Source of the DNA: an uncultured Chloroflexia bacterium
GTDB lineage: Bacteria; Chloroflexota; Limnocylindria; Limnocylindrales; CSP1-4
NCBI GenBank assembly: GCA_963749705.1
Contig: CAVVNQ010000013.1
Span: 1-50,597, forward strand
DNA length: 50,597 bases
Direction: 5' to 3'
The translations under genes were made by a program, and so were the position numbers. Positions 1 through 8,835 of the stretch are shown here, piece by piece. The notes beneath the pieces are model-generated. The model was not told where the DNA came from, did not search any database, and saw only the letters and a program-made list of their open reading frames with translations. Positions within the stretch are counted from its first letter, which is position 1. Each line of letters opens with the position of its first letter.

Positions 1-135
1 GCCCACCCGGACGACCTGCAGCGCGGGCGCGAGAACGCCCGGGAGGAGCGCCGGCGGGCCGGCGCCGACGTGGGCGCGGCGGGCACCCGGGGCACGAGGA
101 ACGCGGCGCCTGCCCGGGAGGCGCCGTGGCACTGA
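1..135 (+). CDS. Possible 3' end of a CDS entering from the left edge (partial, unknown product)
   Basis: Frame 1 is open from base 1 (AHPDDLQRGRENAREE...APWH) to TGA at 133-135 and converges on the stop of the next gene at 140. Confidence 0.4.
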   Translation, partial: AHPDDLQRGRENAREERRRAGADVGAAGTRGTRNAAPAREAPWH

Positions 136-139
136 TCCG

Positions 140-2506
140 TCAGGTTGGGTCGGGTGGGTCGGCCTGCTGCCGGGGACGCACCTCCGGAAGTCGCGGGTGG
201 GAAGCGTCCAGCACGTCGACGGCAACCGCGACCAGCGCCAGCAGCACGACCGCGATCAGGGCCGCGATCAGGGCCGCTGAAACGCTGAACACGGCGGCGA
301 TGAACAGCGCCGAGAACGCGATGCCCAGGAGTGTCATCTGGGCAACCACGCGGCCGAACGCCACGTAGTCGCGGCCGAGGCGCACCAGCGCTCGCTCGCG
401 AGCGTCCCATGTCGACCAGCGCCAGGTGCCCACCTGGCCCAGCGCCTGGAACGCGACCACGACGGCCACGGTCCCCACGACCGCGGTCCCCACCTCGGGG
501 AACACCAGGATCGCGAACACGGGTGCGACCACGAGCACCGCAGCGACGACCATCGCCAGCATCATCAGGAGGGTCTCGGCAAGGTCGCGCATGGCGGTTC
601 GGTCGGCGCCTTCGTTGCCGAGCACCACCCGGGCCCCGAGGACGAGGACGAGGCCGACAGCGCCCGCCACGACGATGATCCCGGCCGCGTCGCGGGCATC
701 GGGGGTCGAGCCGATGAGGAACCGGATCCCGGCGACGATGATCGCGATCAGCGTCGGGATCCCGCCGACCCAGGGCGCCAGCCGCAGCGCCAGGCCGATC
801 CATCGACCGACGCGTCCGCGCGCCCACGGCACCGCGCGCTCGGGCGGCGTCACGAGCGTGTAGGCCGCCGCCAGGCCGACTGCCGCCGCAATGACCCAGA
901 CGCCCGTCTCGGCGAGGAGCCGGCCAGCCGGCGACGCCGCGAGGTCCATTGCCCGGATCGAGCCCACCGGGCCGGTCACGAGGTCGGCTCCCGGAACGGC
1001 GCCGAGCACCATCGAGGTGATGTCGCCGGCCGCGGACAGCGTCCGTGTCCCAAGCGCGACGGACATCGCGACGGCCGCCAGCGAGCCCGCCGCCGTCAGC
1101 TGGCGCCAGTAGGACAGCAGCGACAGCCGTCGACGGCGGCGGTTCGAGCGGCCCCGGTCCGCCGTCTCGTCTCCGAACACGGTGGCGGCATCCGGACCGC
1201 CCGCGAGCAGGCGCAGCAGCGGGATCAGGAACTCCTCGTCGTTGTCCCAGTACCCGCCGTGATCCTCGCGGAACGACAGCCGGTTCCAGATGGCGTGGCT
1301 CCGGATCCGAGCCAGCAGCGTCGCGTCGACAATCGGGTCGTCGGCGGCCGGGACCTCGAGCACGCCCACCGGCGCGGGATCCTGCGATGCCCAGAAGTCG
1401 TCCCACCGGAGGTCGGGGTGCGTGCCGAGCAGCGATCCGTACAGGCGCTCCGGCGGGACGTCGAGCTCGTCGACCGGCGTCGCGCCGCCCGAATCGGTCA
1501 GCCGCCAGGCGAGGTTCAGCCCCTCCCCGAGCGTGATCAGCCGGTCGACGGCCAGCCCGGCCGACGAGGGATCCACGAGGGTCATGTACGAGACGATCGC
1601 GCCGCCCGAGTGCGCGACGATGGCAATCTCGTCGCAACCGGCGGCCTCGAGGTCCTCGATCGCGTCCACCAGCTGTCCCCGGATGCTCGCGGCCTGCGCG
1701 GTGTCTGACAGCAGGACGTAGACGTCGCCGAACCACTCGAGGACGAACCGGTCCAGCGGCCGCGTGAGCGCCCCGTCCTTGAGTGGCCCGACCGGGACGA
1801 GCTTCTCGATCGAGCGCAGCAGCCCGTACAGCACCAGGAGCAGCGCGGACACGGCCTGGAGGAACAGGCCGGCGCCAAGCCCGGCGACCGCGCGACCAGG
1901 CCCCGCCCCCGGCGCCTGCCGCATCCCGTCGGGCGGCCCCGGTTCGACCGCCTCCTGGACGACGCCGGCATCGCTGCGGCGCAGGGCATGAGATTCCGCC
2001 CAGCCGCGCAGCCGCGGGTCGTGGGCACCGCCGCGCCGGGGCAGGAGCGCGGTCAGGATCCGCCGGATCACTCCGCGCGGTCCGAGCCACTCGGCCATCT
2101 GCCCGAACGACGGCGGCCGGACCCGCTGCGCCCACCAGGCCTCGGTCATCACCCAGTGCTGCTCCGGGACATCGTGGCCATCGACGTTCGCGGCGGGCAC
2201 CTGCAGCTCGATCCACCGGCGCTGCGACGGACCGGGATCGAGCTCGACGTCGGTGACCGGGTCCGCCGACAGGTGGTTCCGGACCCGGGTGTCGAACAGG
2301 ACCCGGATGATCGCGCCACCCCAGTCGAGCAGCGTCTCCCCCTCAGCCTGCGACCCGATGCCGTGGACGAACACGATGCCGACATGCCGGGCAGCGGGCT
2401 CCGCGGCACAGCGGAGGACGATCCCGGGTTCGCGGCGCCGGGCCGCTGTGCCCCCGGCGCCGTTCGCGGCCGGCGTCGGGGAGGTGTCGTGATGCGGGAC
2501 GCTCAT
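140..2506 (-). CDS. Alpha/beta-hydrolase-fold protein with C-terminal multi-pass membrane region
   Basis: VFVHGIG oxyanion-like motif, AHSGG nucleophile elbow, LITLG strand, QDP and DHGGYW (candidate Asp/His), followed by several hydrophobic segments. Start trimmed to the ATG at 2506. Confidence 0.7.
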   Translation of the reverse strand: MSVPHHDTSPTPAANGAGGTAARRREPGIVLRCAAEPAARHVGIVFVHGIGSQAEGETLLDWGGAIIRVLFDTRVRNHLSADPVTDVELDPGPSQRRWIELQVPAANVDGHDVPEQHWVMTEAWWAQRVRPPSFGQMAEWLGPRGVIRRILTALLPRRGGAHDPRLRGWAESHALRRSDAGVVQEAVEPGPPDGMRQAPGAGPGRAVAGLGAGLFLQAVSALLLVLYGLLRSIEKLVPVGPLKDGALTRPLDRFVLEWFGDVYVLLSDTAQAASIRGQLVDAIEDLEAAGCDEIAIVAHSGGAIVSYMTLVDPSSAGLAVDRLITLGEGLNLAWRLTDSGGATPVDELDVPPERLYGSLLGTHPDLRWDDFWASQDPAPVGVLEVPAADDPIVDATLLARIRSHAIWNRLSFREDHGGYWDNDEEFLIPLLRLLAGGPDAATVFGDETADRGRSNRRRRRLSLLSYWRQLTAAGSLAAVAMSVALGTRTLSAAGDITSMVLGAVPGADLVTGPVGSIRAMDLAASPAGRLLAETGVWVIAAAVGLAAAYTLVTPPERAVPWARGRVGRWIGLALRLAPWVGGIPTLIAIIVAGIRFLIGSTPDARDAAGIIVVAGAVGLVLVLGARVVLGNEGADRTAMRDLAETLLMMLAMVVAAVLVVAPVFAILVFPEVGTAVVGTVAVVVAFQALGQVGTWRWSTWDARERALVRLGRDYVAFGRVVAQMTLLGIAFSALFIAAVFSVSAALIAALIAVVLLALVAVAVDVLDASHPRLPEVRPRQQADPPDPT

Positions 2507-2624
2507 CGGACCTGGCCCCCACGGAACGTGACCCTGCGCGGAGGCTACCAACTCCGGTCAAGGCCGGGGACCGGCCGGTGCGGACAGCGACCGACAGGCG
2601 CGTCAGCCGCCGGCCGAACGTCGG

Positions 2625-5018
2625 TCAGCCGCCGATGGCCTCCGCCACGGCTCCCGCCATCGCTGCCAGCCGGGCGTCCCGGTCGCGAACGAAGCGCTCG
2701 ATCGCGTCGAGGATGTGGCCCGCGTCCAGGTGCGCCTCCTCGATCACCTCGTCCAGCGAACCGCCGGTCCGCCAGCGATCGTCCCAGTCCGCGCTCAATG
2801 AATACGCCTCGACCTCATCGCCGGCCGCCCAGTCGCGCATCAGGCGGACCGCGCCGTTGGTGATCACCATCGCGTCCAGGCGATCGGCAGCTGAGGCCAC
2901 GGACTCCCGGTAGGCGGCGTCCTGGCGCCGGAACAGCTCCTCGCTGAGGGCCGCGACGATCTTGACGTTGAGGCCGCGCCGGTCGAGCTCGCCCAGGACG
3001 CTGACCAGGTTGTGGGTTGGCAGCGTGCCGCGCACGAACACGGTGCCGCCGCGGGGCTGGTCGTCGCGGTACGGCCGCAGGACGTACGCCCCGCGGGCCG
3101 CCTCGAGGTGTGACGGCATGCCCAGCCCCGCCCGGTCGGGCACGGGGATCGGCGGCCGCGTCAGGTGCAGCACAACGATCGGGACGTCGGTCGAGAACGC
3201 GGCCGCCAGCATCGCCGGCACCTCGTTGTACTCCCATGGGTGCATGTCGATGACGTGCCCGGTCGGGAACAGCTGCATCACGCCCGGCGAGAACACGCCG
3301 AAATGCGTGCGCGAGTCCTCCGCCGTCTCCGGACCGGAGTGTCCGGCCACGTACAGCACCCGGCCCAGCTGCAGGTCGCTGTCCTGGGCCAGCTGGCTGA
3401 ACAGCCGAAGCGGGCCGTACTTGAGGTAGCTGAACGAGCCGTACGTGGAGCAGGCACCCCAGTAGCCGTCGAACGCGTGGAACGGATCGGCGGCCAGGTT
3501 CACGGATGCCAGCCCCGTGAGCATGCCGGCGTTGGTGAACTCGGTGATCTCGGTCGGCAGCAGCGCGCCGGTCGGGTTGGCCTCGCGCTCGTACCAGCCC
3601 GTGCCCGGCAGCTCGCCGAACGGCTTTGCGAACCCGGCGAGGTTGGTCGACTCGGCGAGGTCCGCAGACGCCGCCACGAACAGCGGCCGGCCGTGATCGC
3701 GCAGGGCCAGGGCGTTGACGTAGGAGCCCCACGCGGCGAGCCCGGCCCGATTGGGCACCTTCTCGCCGGGCGCCCGCCAGATCTCCGCCGGGTACGCGGC
3801 GGCGTCGAACAGCCGCCGGTCCTCGAACACGGAGGCCGACGTCGCGCCCAGCCGGAACCCCGGGATCTCCTCGGGCACGCTGTCGGCGATCTCGACCAGC
3901 CGGTCGGAGAGCCAGCGCACGAGGTCGGGGTCGCGCCGGAGCACGCCCATCACCACCCGCAGGTTCGCCTCCGCCTGCGCGGCGACCGCATCGGGATCCG
4001 ACGGGGCGGGCTGGTCGACGCCCTCGTACTCGACGCCGTAGCGGTCCATGAATGCCTTGCGGACGGTCCAGAACTCGGGCGCGTTCATCGGCCACGCGGT
4101 GCCGTGGCTGGGGGCATCGGTCTTGCCGTAGCCGCGGCCCTTGCGGGTCCGGAACCAGGCGACGGAGGGCACGCGAGACGGGTTGTCGCCGCGAGCTGCC
4201 TCGATGACCGCCGCCGTGACCGGGCCCCACGACATGCCGTCGTCGGTCCCCGTCACTCGCCAGCCATAGGGCGCGAACCAGTCCTCGGGGGTGCCCGGGG
4301 TGACCGTGGATGCGGCCCGCCCGTCGATCCCGAAGTCGTTCCAGTCGACCAGGAACACGAGGTTATCGAGACCCAGGCCCCAGGCCGAGTTCTTCGTCTC
4401 GTGCGTGGCACCGGGCGTGAGCCCACCCTCGCCTTCGACCACGAACACCTTGACCTCGCCCGCGCCCGCCATCCGGAGCGCCAGCGCCTGGCCCGCGGCG
4501 GGCGGCATGCCGTGGCCCGACGGTCCCGTGTTGGACTTGAGGAACATCGTCCGGCCGGCCATCTCCGCGTGACCGGGCAGCCCGCCGCGGCGCCGGAGCT
4601 CGAGCAGCCACTCCCAGGTCAGCGCCCAGCGGCCGTCATCGGGGAACGCGAACCGGCCGTCGCTGTCGAGCTCCTCGCGCGCCCGGAGCGCCTCGTTGAG
4701 CACGGCGAGGCTCGCGTATACCAGGGGCACGGCGTGCCCCGCGGACAGCACGAACCGGTCCGCGAACCGCAGCCACGGCCGTCGGATATCCCAGCGCATC
4801 GCCCCCGAGAGCATCAGCGACAGGACCATGTGCGCCTTGGACCGCGAGCCGCCCGGATGCCCGCTCTGGCGGTAGTTGAGGGCGAGGTCGATGCATTCAT
4901 CGACGAGGTCCTTGACGATCTCGTATCTGGCCTCGTCCGGGAGCGCCGGCGCTTCGTCGGGTAGCGCCGCCGGGTCGAGCGCGACGGGGTTGACCGCGGG
5001 CGCGTCGCTGCCGTTCAT
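2625..5018 (-). CDS. Atypical single-chain transketolase-family ThDP enzyme (797 aa)
   Basis: Motifs SGHPGG, DRFVLSAGH, LPGH, NTGPSGHG, GEGG...DWND, SADL, GHSGPETAEDSRTH. The ATG at 5018 overlaps the upstream stop (ATGA). Confidence 0.85.
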   Translation of the reverse strand: MNGSDAPAVNPVALDPAALPDEAPALPDEARYEIVKDLVDECIDLALNYRQSGHPGGSRSKAHMVLSLMLSGAMRWDIRRPWLRFADRFVLSAGHAVPLVYASLAVLNEALRAREELDSDGRFAFPDDGRWALTWEWLLELRRRGGLPGHAEMAGRTMFLKSNTGPSGHGMPPAAGQALALRMAGAGEVKVFVVEGEGGLTPGATHETKNSAWGLGLDNLVFLVDWNDFGIDGRAASTVTPGTPEDWFAPYGWRVTGTDDGMSWGPVTAAVIEAARGDNPSRVPSVAWFRTRKGRGYGKTDAPSHGTAWPMNAPEFWTVRKAFMDRYGVEYEGVDQPAPSDPDAVAAQAEANLRVVMGVLRRDPDLVRWLSDRLVEIADSVPEEIPGFRLGATSASVFEDRRLFDAAAYPAEIWRAPGEKVPNRAGLAAWGSYVNALALRDHGRPLFVAASADLAESTNLAGFAKPFGELPGTGWYEREANPTGALLPTEITEFTNAGMLTGLASVNLAADPFHAFDGYWGACSTYGSFSYLKYGPLRLFSQLAQDSDLQLGRVLYVAGHSGPETAEDSRTHFGVFSPGVMQLFPTGHVIDMHPWEYNEVPAMLAAAFSTDVPIVVLHLTRPPIPVPDRAGLGMPSHLEAARGAYVLRPYRDDQPRGGTVFVRGTLPTHNLVSVLGELDRRGLNVKIVAALSEELFRRQDAAYRESVASAADRLDAMVITNGAVRLMRDWAAGDEVEAYSLSADWDDRWRTGGSLDEVIEEAHLDAGHILDAIERFVRDRDARLAAMAGAVAEAIGG

Positions 5019-6205
5019 CGGGTGCCCGCCTCGGCGGCGACCAGCGGCTCCACGACAGTCCGGATCCGGCGGAGCGCCTCGCTGATGTTCTCGCGCGAGT
5101 TGGCGTACGACAGCCGGATGTGGTTCACGCCCACATCGCCGAACGCCGTCCCGGCGAGGACCGACACGCCGGCCTCGTTGAGCAGGCGGTCGGCCAGCTC
5201 GGCGCCGGTCAGGCCGGTGCCCGAGATCTCCGGGAACACGTAGAACGCGCCCTTCGGCCGCAGGCAGCGGAAGCCCGGGATCGCGTTGAGCCCGTCGACC
5301 ACCAGGTCCCGCCGTGCTCGGAACTCCTCGACCATCGTGTCGATCTCGTCCTGCGGGCCGGTCAGCGCCTCGACCGCGCCGACCTGCGCAAACGTTGTGG
5401 CGCCCGACACGGAGTTGATGATCAGCCGCCCGAACCCGCGGTTCAGCCACTCGGGCACGATCCCGTAGCCCAGCCGCCAGCCGGTCATCGCGTAGGTCTT
5501 GGAGAACCCGTCGAGCACGATCGTCCGCTCGGCCATCCCCGGCAGCGCGGCGATCGACGCGTGCTCCTCACCGTCGTACAGGATCCGGCTGTAGATCTCG
5601 TCGGTCATGACGGTCAGGTCGTGGTCCAGCGCGACCTGCGCGATCCGTTCCAGGTCCGAGCGGGTCAGGACGCCGCCGGTCGGGTTGGCGGGTGAGTTGA
5701 TGACGATGAGCTTGGTCCGGGATGTGACCAGCGAGGCGAGCTCGTCCGGATCGAGCCGGAACTCGTTCTCCTGGCGGATCGGGATCGCGACCGGGACGCC
5801 GCCGACGAACCGGGTCACCGACTCGTAGATCGGGTAGCCGGGATCGGGGACGATGACCTCGTCGCCGGGATCGACCAGGGCCAGGATCGCGTAGTACATG
5901 ACGCCCTTGCCGCCGACGGTCACGAACACGTTGGCCGGGTCGACGGCGAAGCCCTTGCGCGCGGTCGCGTCGGCCGCGATCGCCGACCGCAGCTCGGGGA
6001 TCCCGGGGAACGGCGGGTAGTGGGTCATGCCGGCGTCGATCGCGGCCTTGGCGGCCTCGCGGACGTTGGCCGGAGTGTCGAAGTCGGGCTCCCCGATCTC
6101 GAGGTGGATCACGCTCCGGCCCGTCGCCTCGAGCGCGCGCGCCCTGGCCGCGGCCTCGAACGCCGTCTCGGTGCCGATCGTCTCCATTCGCGCCGCGAGC
6201 TTCAT
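5015..6205 (-). CDS. PLP-dependent class I/II aminotransferase (aspartate aminotransferase-like)
   Basis: GEPDF, NSPANPTG, DEIY, DGFSKTYAMTGWRLG (PLP lysine), GAFY, IRLSY. GGGAGGA RBS precedes the ATG at 6205. Confidence 0.93.
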   Translation of the reverse strand: MKLAARMETIGTETAFEAAARARALEATGRSVIHLEIGEPDFDTPANVREAAKAAIDAGMTHYPPFPGIPELRSAIAADATARKGFAVDPANVFVTVGGKGVMYYAILALVDPGDEVIVPDPGYPIYESVTRFVGGVPVAIPIRQENEFRLDPDELASLVTSRTKLIVINSPANPTGGVLTRSDLERIAQVALDHDLTVMTDEIYSRILYDGEEHASIAALPGMAERTIVLDGFSKTYAMTGWRLGYGIVPEWLNRGFGRLIINSVSGATTFAQVGAVEALTGPQDEIDTMVEEFRARRDLVVDGLNAIPGFRCLRPKGAFYVFPEISGTGLTGAELADRLLNEAGVSVLAGTAFGDVGVNHIRLSYANSRENISEALRRIRTVVEPLVAAEAGTR

Positions 6206-6278
6206 GCCGGTCCTCCCGTGGGACTGTGCGCTCCTCGCCCGGACATGGGCCGGGCCGCGCGAGCCTCCGCCTGTGCCG

Positions 6279-6344
6279 ACCATCGGGGGTCAGACAGATA
6301 ACGTCAAGCGCATCTTGCTAACAAGACCGTGTAGCGTCGCTACA
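6279..6344 (-). promoter_or_regulatory. Probable LysR-dependent promoter of the aminotransferase-transketolase unit
   Basis: Inverted repeats TGTAGCG-T-CGCTACA (6330-6344, contains T-N11-A) and TCTTG-CTAA-CAAGA (6313-6326) lie just upstream of a minus-strand TTGACG (6307-6302), then 17 nt and a weak GATGGT. The patch is AT-enriched. Confidence 0.6.
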
Positions 6345-6402
6345 TCATTGGCGCCCGGCGCTGGGTGCTCAGCGGGACGCCGTTCACGCGAACGCCGGAT
6401 GC

Positions 6403-7305
6403 TCACCCGTTCGCCGTTCGCCCGAACGCCTGGAGCTCGGCGAGGAGCGCCGCGACGGCCGGGTGCCGACGTCGCTCCGGCTTCACGGCGGCCAGCACCG
6501 TGCGCTCGAGGGGCGGATCCGCGGCGGCGATCCGGGCCCGGATGGGTCGGTCCCGCAACGCGAGCCCGGGCAGCACGGCCACGCCCAGCCCGGCCTCGAC
6601 CAGCGCGATGATCACGCTGTAGTCGCGGCAGATCGATCGCACGTGCGGGTCGAACCCGGCCCGGCGGCACGCCCGTACGGCGACCTGGTGGATCGCGCTC
6701 GCTTCCGTGTCCATGATCCATGCGTCGTCCCGGAGCTCCACCAGCGGGATCGGCCCCTCGCCCGACCAGCGGTCCGCGGGCAGCGCCAGGAAGACCGGGT
6801 CGCGGAGCAGCGGCAACAGGTCCAGGCCCGCGCCGCTGACGCGGGTGGGCTCGTCGTACTCGTCGACCACCGCCAGGTCCACCTCGTCCATCCGGAGCGC
6901 GGTCAGGCTCTCGTCGGTCTCGAGGTCACGCAGGGTCACTCGCAGATCCGGGTGGCGGCCACCCAGGGTCGCGATGATCGAGGGCAGGATGGCGCGCGCC
7001 GCCGTCGGGAACGCGGCGACCCGGAGCGAGCCGCTGACCTCGTCGCGCGACGCGGCCAGGGCGCTCTCCGCCTCGGTGATCGCCGCCGTGATCGTGTCCG
7101 CGTGCCTGACGAGCATCAGGCCGGCGTCCGTCAGCCGGATCCGGCGGCCCTCGTGCTCGACCAGGGCGACGCCGGCTTCGCGCTCGAGCAGCTTGAGCTG
7201 CTGCGACACGGCCGACGGCGTCACGGACATGGCGGCGGCCGCCGCCTTGACGGTCCCCCGCCGGGCGACCTCACGCAGCAGCTGGAGGCGCCAGATCCCG
7301 AGCAT
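6403..7305 (-). CDS. LysR-family transcriptional regulator
   Basis: N-terminal HTH (GTVKAAAAAMSVTPSAVSQQLKLLERE..LTDAG), GSLRVAAF, VDLAVV, LVEAGLGVAVLP. Start trimmed to the ATG at 7305. Confidence 0.93.
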   Translation of the reverse strand: MLGIWRLQLLREVARRGTVKAAAAAMSVTPSAVSQQLKLLEREAGVALVEHEGRRIRLTDAGLMLVRHADTITAAITEAESALAASRDEVSGSLRVAAFPTAARAILPSIIATLGGRHPDLRVTLRDLETDESLTALRMDEVDLAVVDEYDEPTRVSGAGLDLLPLLRDPVFLALPADRWSGEGPIPLVELRDDAWIMDTEASAIHQVAVRACRRAGFDPHVRSICRDYSVIIALVEAGLGVAVLPGLALRDRPIRARIAAADPPLERTVLAAVKPERRRHPAVAALLAELQAFGRTANG

Positions 7306-7339
7306 CGTCGCGTACCCGCCGCCGCTCGCCGGCCGCCGG

Positions 7340-8230
7340 TCAGCCGGCGTCGAGGGTGGCGCCCGCGGCCAGGCAGTCCTCCGCGAACCGCTCGAGCGCG
7401 CCGTCCTCATCGGCCGAGGCGCGGACCAGCGTCATGATCCGGTCCACGCCGGCGTCCGCGTACCGGCGGATCAGCTCTCGACGTGGCGCACCACCGACAG
7501 CCGAGTCGTCGCGGCCGATGTTCACCGACAGCCGCATCGTGCCCGGGTCGCGACCGATCTCCTCGCACCGCGACGCGATGACCGGTCGCGCCTCGGCGAC
7601 CTCCTGCGGCGACAGCCAGTCGAGGTTGAGCTCATCGGCGAACCGGGCCGCCAGCCGCCAGGTCCGGTTGGGCCCGTTGCCGCCGACCAGGATCGGGATC
7701 CTCGGTTCCTGCATCCCGCGCGGGACGTTGATCGCATCGCGGACCGAGGCGGTCGGGCCGGAATAGGTCGCTCGGCCCGGGCCGAGCATCCGCGACGTGA
7801 CCTCGAGCGCGTCCTCGAGGGCCTCCATCCGCGTTCGGAGCGGCGGGAACCCCCACCCGTAGGCGATGAACTCGTCGTCCTTCCAGCCGGCGCCGAGGCC
7901 AAGCTCCGCGCGTCCACCGGACACGACATCGAGGGTCGAGATCATCTTGGCCACCAGCGCGGGGTTGCGATAGCCGGCGCACAGGACGAGGTGCCCGAGC
8001 CGGACGCGTGCCGTCTCGACCGCCAGCGCCGAGATCCCGACGAACGCCTCGAACGTGATCTCGTCGGTCGGCTCGGGCTCGGTCTGGAGGTGGTCGAACA
8101 GCCACACGGAGTCGAAGCCCAGCGTATCGGCCTGGTGCGCGACCGCCACCGTCCGGGCCCAGGCGCGGGCCGGATCCCAGCCGTCGTACTCGCCCGTCCA
8201 GCCCTGGGGCGCGATGATCCCGACGCGCAC
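7340..8230 (-). CDS. LLM-class (luciferase-like), probably F420-dependent oxidoreductase
   Basis: GFDSVWLFDH, YRNPALVAKMISTLDVVSGGRAELGLGAGW, PILVGG, AARFAD. Confidence 0.88.
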   Translation of the reverse strand: MRVGIIAPQGWTGEYDGWDPARAWARTVAVAHQADTLGFDSVWLFDHLQTEPEPTDEITFEAFVGISALAVETARVRLGHLVLCAGYRNPALVAKMISTLDVVSGGRAELGLGAGWKDDEFIAYGWGFPPLRTRMEALEDALEVTSRMLGPGRATYSGPTASVRDAINVPRGMQEPRIPILVGGNGPNRTWRLAARFADELNLDWLSPQEVAEARPVIASRCEEIGRDPGTMRLSVNIGRDDSAVGGAPRRELIRRYADAGVDRIMTLVRASADEDGALERFAEDCLAAGATLDAG

Positions 8231-8236
8231 GGCGCG

Positions 8237-8623
8237 CTACCGGCGTTCGAGGATCGGGCGCGCCTTGTCCGGATCGTCGACCACGAACGCGAACGTGGCC
8301 CGGTCGCTCCAGCGGCCGAGGAACAGGTGGCCCATCACGTTCACCCCGGCATCGGCCAGCTCGCGCGCGATGTGTGCCATGCCGCCCGGCCGATCGTCGA
8401 CCTCGGCAAGCAGCGACTCGCCCTCGACGAAGGTCCAGCCGCCCTCCTCGAGCACCGCGCGTGCGGTGTCGTCGTCGGCGGTGGTCATGATCATGTGCCC
8501 CGACTCGCCCAGCCCACCACCACCGATCGCGCGCAGGTCCACGCCACGGGCGGCCATCTGCTCTGCGAGGTCGGCCAGCTGGCCTGGCTTGTTGGTCACC
8601 TGGACGACGAACTGCTTCGGCAT
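8237..8623 (-). CDS. Tandem ACT-domain protein (128 aa)
   Basis: Two ACT signatures (NKPGQLA...GVDL and DDRPGGMA...GVNV). GGAGG RBS. Ends 6 nt before the LLM start. Confidence 0.85.
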   Translation of the reverse strand: MPKQFVVQVTNKPGQLADLAEQMAARGVDLRAIGGGGLGESGHMIMTTADDDTARAVLEEGGWTFVEGESLLAEVDDRPGGMAHIARELADAGVNVMGHLFLGRWSDRATFAFVVDDPDKARPILERR

Positions 8624-8724
8624 CGGGGCCTCCGGGGCGGCGGCGGACGGGTCGCCGCGGTTCAGGTACCTGGTCGAGCCGTGATTCTCGCATGCGGACG
8701 GTCGGCAGGCCAGCCCGGACGGGT

Positions 8725-8802
8725 CCGCGGCCCGGCTGGCGGAGCGCCGCGGCCCGGCTGTCGGAGCGCCGCGGCCCGGCTGTCGGAGCGCCGCGGCCCG
8801 GC
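8725..8802. repeat. Intergenic tandem repeat, 22-bp unit, about 3.5 copies
   Basis: CCGCGGCCCGGCTG(G/T)CGGAGCG at 8725, 8747 and 8769, plus a partial copy at 8791. Confidence 0.95.
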
Positions 8803-8835
8803 CGGCAACGCGCCGTCCAGGGCTCACACCGTCGG

